A stretch of 64,000 nucleotides of DNA from Candidatus Latescibacterota bacterium (GCA_965243025.1 CBDETY010000003.1:1792001-1856000); one strand, 5' to 3'; shown: positions 44,008 to 55,043, counted from the stretch's first letter. Notes: generated by a model not told the origin, from the letters alone. Made by a program: numbers and translations.

Positions 44008-45786
44008 TCAGAAATAACCGTAACGGAGATCGAAGCTGAAAAGACGGCTCTCTCCGTCGCCGTACCCGGTGCGGCTCCCCAGGGCGATGTTCGGTCGCCA
44101 CCTCGGAGGCAGGGGCACGTTGGTTCCCCATTCGTTTGCATACCCGACCGCAACCCCGAGGCCGGGAAGAATCCGCCATTCGAGCTCGAGCGACATTTTC
44201 GTCCAGACGTGGAGGTTTCCGGCAAGGAAGTCCTTGGAGACGCGGTCGTCCCCCGGACGCCAGCCGCGGTGAAGGTCCCCGCCGACGTTGAGAACGGCTC
44301 CGTCGTCCAGGATTTCGTTGCTCCCGTGGCGTGAGCGGGACAGACTTGCACCGAGACTCAGACCGCGGCTGAAACGGCGGCTCGCGGCGACCACCCAGCG
44401 GTCGGAGTTCGGGCCGAGTGAATGTCCGAGCGGAGAATCGAAATTCCGAAAGGTGTTGATGGGAAATTTGTGGGTGTAGATCCAGGGCTCGATGCGCACG
44501 TATTCCACCCGCAGATCGGTATCGCGCAAGCCGGCCGGATCGACCCACAGCAGGCCCGCCTGCAGCGAAAACTTGTTGACGAAGTCATCGCTGAAGATGC
44601 GCAGCTTCTTGAGGTCGTCGACGACGTAGGCCAAATAGAGCTTCACCCCGTTGCCCGGATGGATGTCGAAATCGACGCCCATCATCAGGTTGTCCTTGTC
44701 GCCCTGATAGCTCTGGGCCGCCCAGTAGAACATCACCGGGTTGAGGTAAGTCGCCTGCGGAGGGCGGTCGCCGTACACCAGGACCTCCTGGAACCCGACG
44801 TCGAGCCAGTCGAACAACGACGCCTCCACCCGGTGGGCTGCGAGGTACTTCTGGCGCTCCAGCGGACGCCGGACTCCGTTGACTACGTACGACGAGGAGG
44901 TATCTCCGACACCGGCGCATTGGGGGGAATCCGGCCGGTCGGGACACGGGCGCAGGGCCCCGGCGATGCTGACCAGCTTGAGTATTCCGAACTGCCCGCG
45001 CAGACGGATCATGTCGAACCCGGGGGCGTTGTCGCTCAACCCGAGGTTGTCCCTCGCCGCCGGTCCCCAACTTGCCTGACCTTTTCCCACCTCGACCGTG
45101 AGACCCGGAAGCGGCGAAAAAAACAGCGCCGCCGCACCCTCGTGGAAGTCGGCAAGGTCTTCTTTCAGCTGCGGAACCTCCAGGCGGCGCTCGAAGACGT
45201 CGTCGCGAATCACATAGCTGCGATTCCCCTGCTCCCGCGTCTGCAGAAAGGCTATGCGGAAACCGAGGCGCTGCCAGGCTTCCCCCCGCAGAACTCCCCC
45301 GAGACGATTGCGGTACACCTGTTCGGTGCGGGCCCGGCCCAACCCGGAAATGGCGTCGACCTGGTTTCGCAGCAGGATATCGGCGAACAGCTCCCCCTGG
45401 GGAACGGCGTAGCGGACCAGAGGTTCTCCGCTTCTCAGCCGCCCCGTCCCCATTCCCCGGGAGGCATCCGCAGCCTCGCGGCCGATGGAGGGAGAGGCAT
45501 CGAGGCCGAACTCCAGGCGCAGCAGGTCGAGCTCTGACTGCTCCACTTCGCTGAGGAGGCCGCGGCGCTCCTCGATTCGCCGCAGGGCGGCGGCAACCTC
45601 GGATCTCGTGAACGGTTTGATCCCGTCCGCCAGGCGCACCAGTACCCCTTTTGCCTCGCATCGCTCGAGGAAGCGGTAGCTCGGGTGAGCGATCGGGACA
45701 TGGGTGGAACTACCCCCGGCCGCCCCGGAATCGGGGTGCGCCAGAATCGCGACGAGCGCACCTAAACCCAGTCTTGACAGTATCAT
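44008..45786 (-). CDS. Capsule assembly Wzi-like outer-membrane protein
   Basis: Signal peptide from ATG 45786; KPFTRSEV, WGP...LSDNAP, AHRVE, DNLMMG, LGHSLGPNSD; C-terminal YGYF. Confidence 0.72.
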   Translation of the reverse strand: MILSRLGLGALVAILAHPDSGAAGGSSTHVPIAHPSYRFLERCEAKGVLVRLADGIKPFTRSEVAAALRRIEERRGLLSEVEQSELDLLRLEFGLDASPSIGREAADASRGMGTGRLRSGEPLVRYAVPQGELFADILLRNQVDAISGLGRARTEQVYRNRLGGVLRGEAWQRLGFRIAFLQTREQGNRSYVIRDDVFERRLEVPQLKEDLADFHEGAAALFFSPLPGLTVEVGKGQASWGPAARDNLGLSDNAPGFDMIRLRGQFGILKLVSIAGALRPCPDRPDSPQCAGVGDTSSSYVVNGVRRPLERQKYLAAHRVEASLFDWLDVGFQEVLVYGDRPPQATYLNPVMFYWAAQSYQGDKDNLMMGVDFDIHPGNGVKLYLAYVVDDLKKLRIFSDDFVNKFSLQAGLLWVDPAGLRDTDLRVEYVRIEPWIYTHKFPINTFRNFDSPLGHSLGPNSDRWVVAASRRFSRGLSLGASLSRSRHGSNEILDDGAVLNVGGDLHRGWRPGDDRVSKDFLAGNLHVWTKMSLELEWRILPGLGVAVGYANEWGTNVPLPPRWRPNIALGSRTGYGDGESRLFSFDLRYGYF

Positions 45787-45802
45787 ACGTGCCGGATAGT
45801 TT
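45774..45802 (+). promoter_or_regulatory. Putative sigma70 promoter for eno, overlapping the divergent wzi-like start codon
   Basis: TTGACA-17 nt-TAGTTT. Confidence 0.55.
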
Positions 45803-45932
45803 GCCCCGCCTGCAAGCGGAAGAGGGCGTCGAGGGACGAATGATCCCCTGCGTCCCCCGCGGTATCCAAAAGTGCTCCGCCCGCCCGGGCCGGGCAAACC
45901 CCACAGAACAGCTGCCAACCCTTCACAGGTGA

Positions 45933-47234
<1,302 letters not shown>

Positions 47235-47336
47235 CCTCTCGCCTCCCCCGGCCTGAGCCGAGCCACCATTCGACGCCGACCCGGCAGCACCGGGTGGCGA
47301 GGCCAATCCTCTTTCCAGATTCAGGAAAGTTACGGC

Positions 47337-48635
47337 CTAACCATTCCTTCCTTCTTCCAGCGCGGCGTTTTCGCCGGTCAGTTCGGTGCCGGAACTCCGG
47401 CTGGCGTCAGGCACTTCCGAGGAACGGGCAGCGGCGACATTCAATACCAGATATCCCGCAAAGACCCCCGCCAGCACCCCTGCCCCGACTCCCCCGTCGA
47501 AGGCTTTGAACACCATCAACGCCGCCAGTAGGGAAAGCTGCTCTGATTCGGAGAGATCTACCCCTGGACGGGGAGAAGCTGTAGAAGCCTTTCGCGACAG
47601 GAGACGGGCGACCTTTGTGGAGATGAATTTCACGGCGGGACGCAGCAGGAGGACCACCGCAAGAGTGACGGCGAACGCCTCCCAGTCGATTCCGGCAGCC
47701 TGAAGCCGGTCACCGAGCAGCCAGCCGAGAGCCAGTGGCAGACCGAAGCGGACAAATGAACGACCGCGCTCGGCCACCCGGAGGATGTCCAGGCGCCTCA
47801 GAGTGCAGTTGATCAACCAGATTCCCGCAAACGCCCCCACCCAGAGAGGCTGCAACCCGAGGGCTTCGGACAGGCCTGCCCCTACGAATGTGAAGGTTGC
47901 CAGGATGAAGAAAAGGTGACCGTCCGGGTGAAACTCCCGCGAGGTCAGATCGCAGAAAAGGCCGATTGCACCACCTAGTACAACTCCCCATAAAATTTTA
48001 GCAATCCCTTCTATTGCAAACCCTTGGGATAATAAGGACAAAGGTACAATCAACTCGAAGACCGATGCGGGAAGAAACGCAGAAGCCACTCCGAGGGTAG
48101 TTATGGCCGCCATCGGGGAAAGGGAGGGATTCTGGAATTCCCGGCGCTGCGCGGCCCGAAACGAACCGCGGCTTTCCCGGGTCAGGGAAGGGCCGGCGAT
48201 GCATACCGCGGCCAGAATCAGGGTCGGTGCAGGGGTGGCCAGACCTCCACCTGCTCCCGGCAGTTTGCTCAGGGCGTACACAGAGAGGGGGACGAGTACC
48301 AGAGCGAGGAGGAATTGAGAGAGGCCGGGAAGCAGGCTCGAGCCGCTCCCCAGGCGAAGAAGGCGCAGGTCCAGGCAGCATCCGCAGGAAAATCCGATCC
48401 ATCCGGCGAAAAAGAGGGAAGCCAGGGCGGCGGCATCCCCGAGGCCGGACAGCCAGGGAACCCCGCTGCCGCCGAGGAGGAGCCCCACAAGGGCGCACAG
48501 GTGGCTCTCGCCGACAACGGCGGCAACCCCAGGACTCACCGGCTCCCGCCGCAATACCGAGCGGCGGGCGGAATACGCCAGGTACGCCGCAATGACAGCG
48601 GCGGCGATCAGGAATTCCGGAACCGGCCCGGGCAC
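47337..48635 (-). CDS. Polytopic membrane protein, weakly cation/proton-antiporter-like
   Basis: About 11-12 hydrophobic segments; starts immediately after the upstream stop codon. Confidence 0.6.
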   Translation of the reverse strand: MPGPVPEFLIAAAVIAAYLAYSARRSVLRREPVSPGVAAVVGESHLCALVGLLLGGSGVPWLSGLGDAAALASLFFAGWIGFSCGCCLDLRLLRLGSGSSLLPGLSQFLLALVLVPLSVYALSKLPGAGGGLATPAPTLILAAVCIAGPSLTRESRGSFRAAQRREFQNPSLSPMAAITTLGVASAFLPASVFELIVPLSLLSQGFAIEGIAKILWGVVLGGAIGLFCDLTSREFHPDGHLFFILATFTFVGAGLSEALGLQPLWVGAFAGIWLINCTLRRLDILRVAERGRSFVRFGLPLALGWLLGDRLQAAGIDWEAFAVTLAVVLLLRPAVKFISTKVARLLSRKASTASPRPGVDLSESEQLSLLAALMVFKAFDGGVGAGVLAGVFAGYLVLNVAAARSSEVPDASRSSGTELTGENAALEEGRNG

Positions 48636-49499
48636 TCAGTTCCCCTCGTCTATCGGCTGTCCCGTGTCGAGGTCGAGATTGGCGAGATCGACGAAACGCC
48701 CGGGCCAGGCGTCGGCAAAGTCGCTCAGCGCGGCTCGGCCGCGCGCCATCATTCGGCGCACCGATTCTTCCCCAGGACGTTCAGGTTTGACGAGGCCTGC
48801 CCCGTTTTCGAAGAACTCCACCGGCGCCAGGATACGGCCCAGAGCCCGGGCAAAAGGAGCTGAAATCCGTCCGGCCAGGCCCGCTGCCGGACTGTGTCCC
48901 ACCGGCCTGGCGGAACCCGTCCATTTGAAGATGGCCGGCATTCTTCCGACCCAGCTTGCCAGGGACTTCCATCCGCGGCAAATGATTTCGTCGTCGGCCT
49001 CTGCCTCGAAATACCCCCGCGCCGCCATCGTGAGCTGGCACTCTTCCCCCGGCCGCAGCGGCATCTCGATGTCCACCGACCACTCGGGAGCGGAGCTGTT
49101 TTCCAGGACGTGACAGTCCAGCCCCCACTCCAGGCTCTTGTGCCACAGGTCGAATCGCTCTCTCAGGGGCCCGCTGCCTGCGGCGACATGCGAGACCTCC
49201 TCCTCGATCAGCGGGTGAATCCGGATGTCCGTGTAAAGGTGGAGGGCCCATCCGGCCGCGAAGGCCTCCTCGGCCGGAGTTCCCGACTGGGCGAGGAGGT
49301 GGCGGGCGAAGTCCCCGGTGGACTCGTGATGGATGCGGTGGGAAAGGCGCCTGGGGCCTCCCGGGAAGAAACCGATGTCGGGGGCTACCGACCCGGCCTG
49401 AAAGGCCCTCAGAAGAAGGGCGTCTTCCTTCGCATCACCTGTCTCCAGCGCCGGGAAGGCGCGGCGCGCCAGCCACAGGTGATAGACGCTTCCAGCCAA
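48636..49499 (-). CDS. Zinc-dependent phospholipase C / S1-P1 nuclease fold protein
   Basis: N-terminal H, GSVAPD, H, GWALHLYTDIRIHP, HKSLEWGLD metal-ligand pattern. Confidence 0.75.
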   Translation of the reverse strand: MAGSVYHLWLARRAFPALETGDAKEDALLLRAFQAGSVAPDIGFFPGGPRRLSHRIHHESTGDFARHLLAQSGTPAEEAFAAGWALHLYTDIRIHPLIEEEVSHVAAGSGPLRERFDLWHKSLEWGLDCHVLENSSAPEWSVDIEMPLRPGEECQLTMAARGYFEAEADDEIICRGWKSLASWVGRMPAIFKWTGSARPVGHSPAAGLAGRISAPFARALGRILAPVEFFENGAGLVKPERPGEESVRRMMARGRAALSDFADAWPGRFVDLANLDLDTGQPIDEGN

Positions 49500-49561
49500 T
49501 CAGGCCAGCCGATCGAACCGCCGGCGGCCAATCCCCTCAAAGGGTGGCCGGCGGGAGGGAA

Positions 49562-50032
49562 TCAGAACGGAAGGTCGTCGTCGGCGTCGGTTCCGCCCCC
49601 GGGGGAGAAACCGGAACCGCCGGGGTTGCCTCCCCCGGCCTCGGGGGGGGGAGCGGGTGGAACCGGCGGCCCCGCCGCGGCGCCTTCCATTTCACCGCGA
49701 CTGTCGAGCATCTGCATGTCGTTGACGACGATTTCCGTGGTGTAGCGCTTCTGGCCGTTCTGGTCGTCCCAGGACCGGGTCTCGATCCTGCCTTCGACGT
49801 AAACCTTGCTTCCCTTGCGCAGGTACTGTCCTACGATCTCGGCCAGCTTCCTCCAGAAGACCAGGCGATGCCACTCGGTCCGTTCCTGCCGTTCACCGTT
49901 GCGGTCGGTCCAGGATTCGTTGGTCGCCAGACTGACGTTGGCAACCGGGACCCCGCTCGGTGTGTATTTCACTTCCGGGTCGGATCCGAGGTTGCCGATC
50001 AGAATTGCCTTGTTGACACCCCCTCGGGACAT
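49562..50032 (-). CDS. ssb: Single-stranded DNA-binding protein
   Basis: [29 protein letters not shown]-terminal DDDLPF. Confidence 0.97.
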   Translation of the reverse strand: MSRGGVNKAILIGNLGSDPEVKYTPSGVPVANVSLATNESWTDRNGERQERTEWHRLVFWRKLAEIVGQYLRKGSKVYVEGRIETRSWDDQNGQKRYTTEIVVNDMQMLDSRGEMEGAAAGPPVPPAPPPEAGGGNPGGSGFSPGGGTDADDDLPF

Positions 50033-50324
50033 TGGGAAACCCTCCTTTTCTCGTTACCAACCCGAGTCCGCGAGGGCCGCCGCATCGCGAGCATGGACCG
50101 GTGGAATTAGTTTCGATGTACGTAAATCGGTCGGTGAAACCGGGTCAAGGAGTTTCCCCACCCCGTCCAATCGCGGTTGCCCTGATCCCTTCCCGATGCC
50201 TCCCGGGCCGGGCATGCCTCCAGATCCCGAATCTGCAGAACAGAGCCCTGCAGGGCAGGAAACCCAAGGTTCGGCGCAGTTGTCTGCAAATTCGATCGGC
50301 AAAAAAGAAATCCGGAAGAAACTC

Positions 50325-51440
50325 ATGAGTGCTCCGACCCTGTACCATCGCCTCGGCCTGCGCCCGTTCATCAACGCCCGGGGCACCATTACCACCCTTG
50401 GAGGCTCGATCATGCCGCCCGAGGTGGTCGATGCCATGGTCGAGGCCTCGCGCCAGTTCGTACACCTCGACGAGTTGCACGAGAAGGCCGGGGCCCGCAT
50501 CGCCCGGCTCACGGGGGCGGAAGGGGCGTTCATTTCCGCCGGAGCCGCCTCGGGCGTGTTCCTTGCCGGGGCTGCTTGCCTGACCGGCGAGGATCGGGAG
50601 GCCATTCGCCGTCTCCCCGAAACCGGAGGTCGTCCCAGCGAATTCGTGATCTCCCTGGTCGACGGTCACTACTACATCCACCAGGGGTTCCAGGTGTGCG
50701 GAGGCACCCTGGTCAAGGTCGGCACCAGCCAATCCGTAAGCGTCCGTGACTATGCCGACGGGATTTCCCCGCGCACCGCCGCCTGCGTGTTCTTCCTGGG
50801 AAGCCAGCGGCGCGAACAACTGCCCGAAATCATCGAGGTGAGCCATGGCCGCGGAGTACCCGTCATCGTCGACGCGGCGGCTCAGCTTCCCCCGCGCGCC
50901 AACCTGACCGAACTGACCGCAATGGGAGCCGACCTCGTCGTCTTCAGCGGGGGCAAGGGTCTGTTCGGCCCCCAGTCCACGGGCCTCATCCTCGGCAGGG
51001 CCGACCTGGTGCGCGCCTGCCGCCTCAACAGCAACCCTTACTCGGGAGTAGGCCGTGGCATGAAGGTCGGCAAGGAGGAAATTTGCGGCCTGCTCAGAGC
51101 CGTGGAGCTTTTCCTGGACCAGGATGAGGAGGCGGTTGTTTCCGAGTGGGTGCGCCGCTGCCACCTGATCGCTGCAGCCGCGACCGGTTTTCCGGGGGTG
51201 GAACCGGATTACCAGCCGCCCTACACCAACCAGTTTCCGCCGGCCTCGCCCCTGGTTCGCCTTGTCTTCCGCCCTCACGCCCCCAAGACCGCCGCTCAAG
51301 TGGTCCGGGAACTGGAAGCGGGGGAACCGTCAGTACTGGCCAGTTCCACCGGCAATGCGGTAAGCGTAGGGCCGCAAACCTTGCAGAACGGGGAAGCCGA
51401 AGTCGTCGCGGCAAGGCTGCGGGCGATTCTGTCCGGCTAG
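50325..51440 (+). CDS. SelA-like / DgaE-family PLP-dependent enzyme
   Basis: INARGTITTLGGS, VDAAA, FSGGK (PLP lysine), GRGMKVGKEE. Confidence 0.83.
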   Translation: MSAPTLYHRLGLRPFINARGTITTLGGSIMPPEVVDAMVEASRQFVHLDELHEKAGARIARLTGAEGAFISAGAASGVFLAGAACLTGEDREAIRRLPETGGRPSEFVISLVDGHYYIHQGFQVCGGTLVKVGTSQSVSVRDYADGISPRTAACVFFLGSQRREQLPEIIEVSHGRGVPVIVDAAAQLPPRANLTELTAMGADLVVFSGGKGLFGPQSTGLILGRADLVRACRLNSNPYSGVGRGMKVGKEEICGLLRAVELFLDQDEEAVVSEWVRRCHLIAAAATGFPGVEPDYQPPYTNQFPPASPLVRLVFRPHAPKTAAQVVRELEAGEPSVLASSTGNAVSVGPQTLQNGEAEVVAARLRAILSG

Positions 51441-51595
51441 GTTGCCGACTGCCGGGAGTCCGCCCGAGGCCACCGCCTGCCCGGCAGTCAGCACCGACCA
51501 AGGCTGTATTCGAACCGCTGCCGAACGAAGTTCCAGCCGCAGTCGCAGGCTTGGGGAAGAAGCCTTTGCGACGGCAGTTTCCAAACCTCTACCGC

Positions 51596-51624
51596 TTGAC
51601 ATTCCGGGCTACCATTGCTATCCT
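51596..51624 (+). promoter_or_regulatory. sigma70-type promoter upstream of ftsA
   Basis: TTGACA-17 nt-TATCCT with extended -10 TG. Confidence 0.65.
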
Positions 51625-51647
51625 GAACGAAGACGCGACAGACTCAG

Positions 51648-51684
51648 AAAGGCCGCGGAGAGCCCCCTTTCCCCGGCCTTTTTT
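51648..51684 (+). terminator. Terminator-like hairpin inside the ftsA leader
   Basis: AAAGGCCG...CGGCCTTT stem ending in a run of six T. Confidence 0.5.
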
Positions 51685-51853
51685 ACCACCCTCTGACGCG
51701 GCCTCTTCCCGATTTCCCCTGGGTTCTCCCCCTCCTTGAACTGACAGCCGGGCCTACCCCTGCGCCATGGCGGAAGCTGGATTCCGACCTTCGATCAGGT
51801 GGGTCGGGGCCGGAATTCCCGGATGGTTCACCCGGTCGCGTAGAACATCGCCC

Positions 51854-53071
51854 ATGCCATCTCCTGTAGTAGTGCTCGACATCGGCGCTTCCAAGGTTCA
51901 CTGCCTGGTAGGTGAGGCGGTCGATGAAGTCGGGGTAAAATTAATCGGAACGGGCTTGAGCCCGTGTGACGGCATCCGTCGAACCGCCATCATCGACATG
52001 CCGAAAATGGTGGAAGCCATTCGCACGGCGGTTCGCGAGGCCGAGCGCTCCGCCGGTCTCAAGATCGTCGGTGCCTACGTCGGGGTGGCCGGCGAGGATA
52101 TTGAAACACACACCCACCGGGGTGCCGTTGCCATTTCCGGAAACTCCAACCCCATCGACGAAAACGATGTCCAGAGAGCCCTTGCGGCGGCAGAAGAATC
52201 CTCCTCTCCTCCCGGAAGCGCGACGGTTCTGCACCGGTTCGTACAGAGCTACACCCTCGACGGCGAACCGGTGCAGAATCCGCTCTGGCTCCACGGCAGC
52301 CGCCTGGAGGTGGAAACGCTCAGCGCAACAGCTCCGGCGCACGCCTGCACGACGTTGCGGCATGCGGTTTCCCAAGCCGGAGTCGACATCGCCGGGTTCA
52401 TCCTTGAAGCAGTTGCGGTGGGGGCGGCGCTGCTGTCGGTGGACGAGAGGGAAATGGGAGTCGGAATTCTCGACATCGGGGCCGGAACTTCCGACCTGTC
52501 GATATACCGCGGATCCCTCAGGTTTCTCGCCGAAATCCCCTTTGGAGGAGAGGACATCACCAAAGATCTCTCTGTCGTTCTCAACATGTCGCCAAGAGAG
52601 GCGGAAAAACTGAAGCGGGAAGAGGGCGGCGTCCGCTGTCCGGCGGAATCGGCAGATGAAGAGGTTTCTTTCAGTACTACCGCCGGACGGCCTCACACCC
52701 TGCTGAGACACCAGCTCAGCGCCGTCATCGAGGCCCGTCAGCAGGAGATACTGGAATTCGCCGCCCAGGAGATCCAGCGCACCGAGTTTGGACATCTCAT
52801 CACTGCTGGAATGGTTCTGACCGGAGGCGGTTCAATGCTGGGGAACCTGGACCAACTCGGCGAAGAAATCCTCGGAATGCCGGTCCGCATCGGTTCGCCC
52901 CAGGGTGTCGTGGCACTGGAAAACTCCGACCCAACCTTCTCCACCGCCGTCGGCTTGCTGCGTTTCGCCACCGATCAGCACGATTCTCCCGGCAGCATCC
53001 TGCCTTCCGGTCCTGATCGCCGCGGCGGATTCTTCGAGCGCATCACCAGGATATTCAGCTTCCTCGTGTAG
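51854..53071 (+). CDS. ftsA: Cell division protein FtsA (stand-alone)
   Basis: LDIGASKV, DEREMGVGILDIGAGTS, GGEDITKDL, EAEKLK, VLTGGGS, C-terminal amphipathic helix GFFERITRIF. Confidence 0.9.
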   Translation: MPSPVVVLDIGASKVHCLVGEAVDEVGVKLIGTGLSPCDGIRRTAIIDMPKMVEAIRTAVREAERSAGLKIVGAYVGVAGEDIETHTHRGAVAISGNSNPIDENDVQRALAAAEESSSPPGSATVLHRFVQSYTLDGEPVQNPLWLHGSRLEVETLSATAPAHACTTLRHAVSQAGVDIAGFILEAVAVGAALLSVDEREMGVGILDIGAGTSDLSIYRGSLRFLAEIPFGGEDITKDLSVVLNMSPREAEKLKREEGGVRCPAESADEEVSFSTTAGRPHTLLRHQLSAVIEARQQEILEFAAQEIQRTEFGHLITAGMVLTGGGSMLGNLDQLGEEILGMPVRIGSPQGVVALENSDPTFSTAVGLLRFATDQHDSPGSILPSGPDRRGGFFERITRIFSFLV

Positions 53072-53189
53072 CGTTCTTCGAACTGGTGGCAGGGGGGACC
53101 CCCCGCCATCGCTTCGTTGACAGAATCCTCCGAGCCTGCGAAAATTGATTGACGATTGACGCCGGCCCCGGCGGCGCCAGCCATCGACC

Positions 53190-53265
53190 GCCACCCTAGC
53201 TCAGTTGGTAGAGCAACTCACTCGTAATGAGTAGGTCGCCGGTTCGATTCCGGCGGGTGGCTCCA
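53190..53265 (+). tRNA. tRNA-Thr (CGT)
   Basis: 76-nt cloverleaf GCCACCC...GGGTGGC-TCCA, anticodon loop CT-CGT-AA, T-loop GGTTCGATTCC. Confidence 0.97.
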
Positions 53266-53278
53266 CAAATGAGAACAG

Positions 53279-53310
53279 GCACCTGACGAACAGCGTCCAG
53301 GTGCTTTTTT
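53279..53310 (+). terminator. Intrinsic terminator after tRNA-Thr
   Basis: GCACCTG...CAGGTGC stem followed by six T. Confidence 0.7.
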
Positions 53311-53425
53311 CATGAATACACCAGGTCCGGGTGAGGTCTCCGGCATGAACTTCGAAAGCCGTTCCGCCTCCCGATTCAAGCCGGGATCCCCGAGCCTCCC
53401 GTCACCCCCGGGAAGCTGAGGGCGG

Positions 53426-53839
53426 ATGACAGCCGCTGATCTCCCGGATCTCAACGCCGGTCTCAACACGCTCAGCGCCCTGTTTCTCGGGCTGGGGTAT
53501 TTCCTGATCCGGCGCGGCCGGCGCCGCATGCACATGCGCGCCATGCTGGCCGCCCTGTTCACCTCTGCCCTGTTCCTGTGCTCCTATCTCTTCTACCACT
53601 GGACAGTCGGCTCCGTACCCTATCCCCACCACGACTGGACCCGCTGGCTGTATTTCGCCGTTCTGATACCTCATGCGGTTCTCGCCACGGTCATGGTGCC
53701 TTTCATCCTCCTGTCCCTGTGGCACGCATACCGGAGGCAGTTCCGGCGTCATGCGCGAATCACACGCTGGGTCTGGCCCGTCTGGATGTACGTATCCCTC
53801 AGCGGTGTAGTAGTCTACGCGATGCTCTACCGGATGTAG
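53426..53839 (+). CDS. DUF420 family membrane protein
   Basis: LPDLNAGLN, FLCSYLFYH, HAVLA, HARITRWVWPVWMYVSLSGVVVY. Confidence 0.88.
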   Translation: MTAADLPDLNAGLNTLSALFLGLGYFLIRRGRRRMHMRAMLAALFTSALFLCSYLFYHWTVGSVPYPHHDWTRWLYFAVLIPHAVLATVMVPFILLSLWHAYRRQFRRHARITRWVWPVWMYVSLSGVVVYAMLYRM

Positions 53840-53908
53840 CCCTGAGCCCCTGTGCCAAACGGGCGGGCCCCTCCGGTGCCGGTCGCCCGGACCGGGCCCA
53901 GGTATTTC

Positions 53909-53937
53909 TTGACACCGATTCCGGGCTCCGGTACAAT
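53909..53937 (+). promoter_or_regulatory. Near-consensus sigma70 promoter for mltG-pcrA
   Basis: TTGACA-17 nt-TACAAT. Confidence 0.75.
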
Positions 53938-54023
53938 CGATCCGTCCTGCCCGCATCGATGCCATCCTACCCAGATCTTTCAGATTCATTCTTGAACAAC
54001 GGTTTCCCCGGGACCCCCTCTTC

Positions 54024-55043
54024 ATGAGCAGGTCTTCGGTTCTGATCCTCGGTGCCCTGATGGCGGTCGCGGTTGCCACAGCGTCCGGTCTTGCCGCCGC
54101 GGTCTGGTGGCTGGACCAGCCCACCGGAGCCGGCGAACAGGTCGTCCGCATCGACAGGGGGATGAACGCGCGCCAGATCGCCGATCTCCTCGAGGAGCGC
54201 GGGTTGGTGCGCAGCTCCCGGATTTTTTCGTGGAACGCAAGGTTGAACGGACTCGCCCGCCGGCTCGAAGCCGGGCGCTACCCTCTTTCCGGCGCCATGA
54301 CCGGCAGCGAGATTCTGCAGAACTTGCAGAAAGCGCCCCTGGAAATGGCTCGGGTGACCGTCCCCGAAGGCCTGACCCTGGGCGAAACCGCGTCCCTCCT
54401 GCAAGAGCGGGGACTTGCCGACTCCGCCCGGTTCGCAGCCCTTGCCACCGACCTGGAGATGGTCAGGAAGCAGGGGGTAAAGGCAGCGACCCTGGAAGGG
54501 TACCTGTTCCCCGAAACCTATTTCTTCGGCAAGGGTGTTTCGGAGAAGGAGATCATCGATCGCATGGTCTCGGAGTTCTTCTCCGTAGTCGACGACCCGT
54601 TGGTGGCGCGGCTCGACTCTCTCGAAATGTCGCTGCACGATGCGGTCATCCTCGCTTCGATCATAGAGGGAGAAGCAAGGGTCGACAGCGAGCGCCCGAT
54701 CATTTCATCGATATTCCACCGCCGCCTGAAACTGCGGCGGCGGCTCGAGTCGTGCGCTACCGTCGAGTACGCCCTGGGCTTTCACAAGGAAAGGCTGAGC
54801 AACGAGGATCTGCGGGTTAACTCCCCGTTCAATACCTACCTCCACCAGGGACTGCCCCCCGGGCCGATCGGCAACCCGGGAAGGGCTTCCCTGACGGCTA
54901 CCCTGTATCCGGCCGACACCGAATACCTGTATTTCGTGGCACGGGGCGACGGCACCCATTCCTTCAGCCGCACCAACAAGGAGCACGAAGCCGCCAAGCG
55001 GGCAATCCGGCGCGAGCAGCGCCAGCGCCGGACCCGGGGATAG
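54024..55043 (+). CDS. mltG: Endolytic transglycosylase MltG
   Basis: VTVPEG, LEGYLFPETY, LASIIEGE, SPFNTY...GLPPGPIGNPG, YLYFVA. Confidence 0.93.
   Translation: MSRSSVLILGALMAVAVATASGLAAAVWWLDQPTGAGEQVVRIDRGMNARQIADLLEERGLVRSSRIFSWNARLNGLARRLEAGRYPLSGAMTGSEILQNLQKAPLEMARVTVPEGLTLGETASLLQERGLADSARFAALATDLEMVRKQGVKAATLEGYLFPETYFFGKGVSEKEIIDRMVSEFFSVVDDPLVARLDSLEMSLHDAVILASIIEGEARVDSERPIISSIFHRRLKLRRRLESCATVEYALGFHKERLSNEDLRVNSPFNTYLHQGLPPGPIGNPGRASLTATLYPADTEYLYFVARGDGTHSFSRTNKEHEAAKRAIRREQRQRRTRG

Noticed and set aside
50325-51440. Selenocysteine synthase selA and a Sec system
   Set aside because: Short SelA-like/DgaE-type protein; no selB, selD or tRNA-Sec here, and no in-frame TGA read-through candidate noticed.
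51539-51551. 13-nt match GCAGTCGCAGGCT to the reverse complement of 23324-23336
   Set aside because: Matches of this length are expected by chance in 64 kb of GC-rich DNA, and the flanks do not align.
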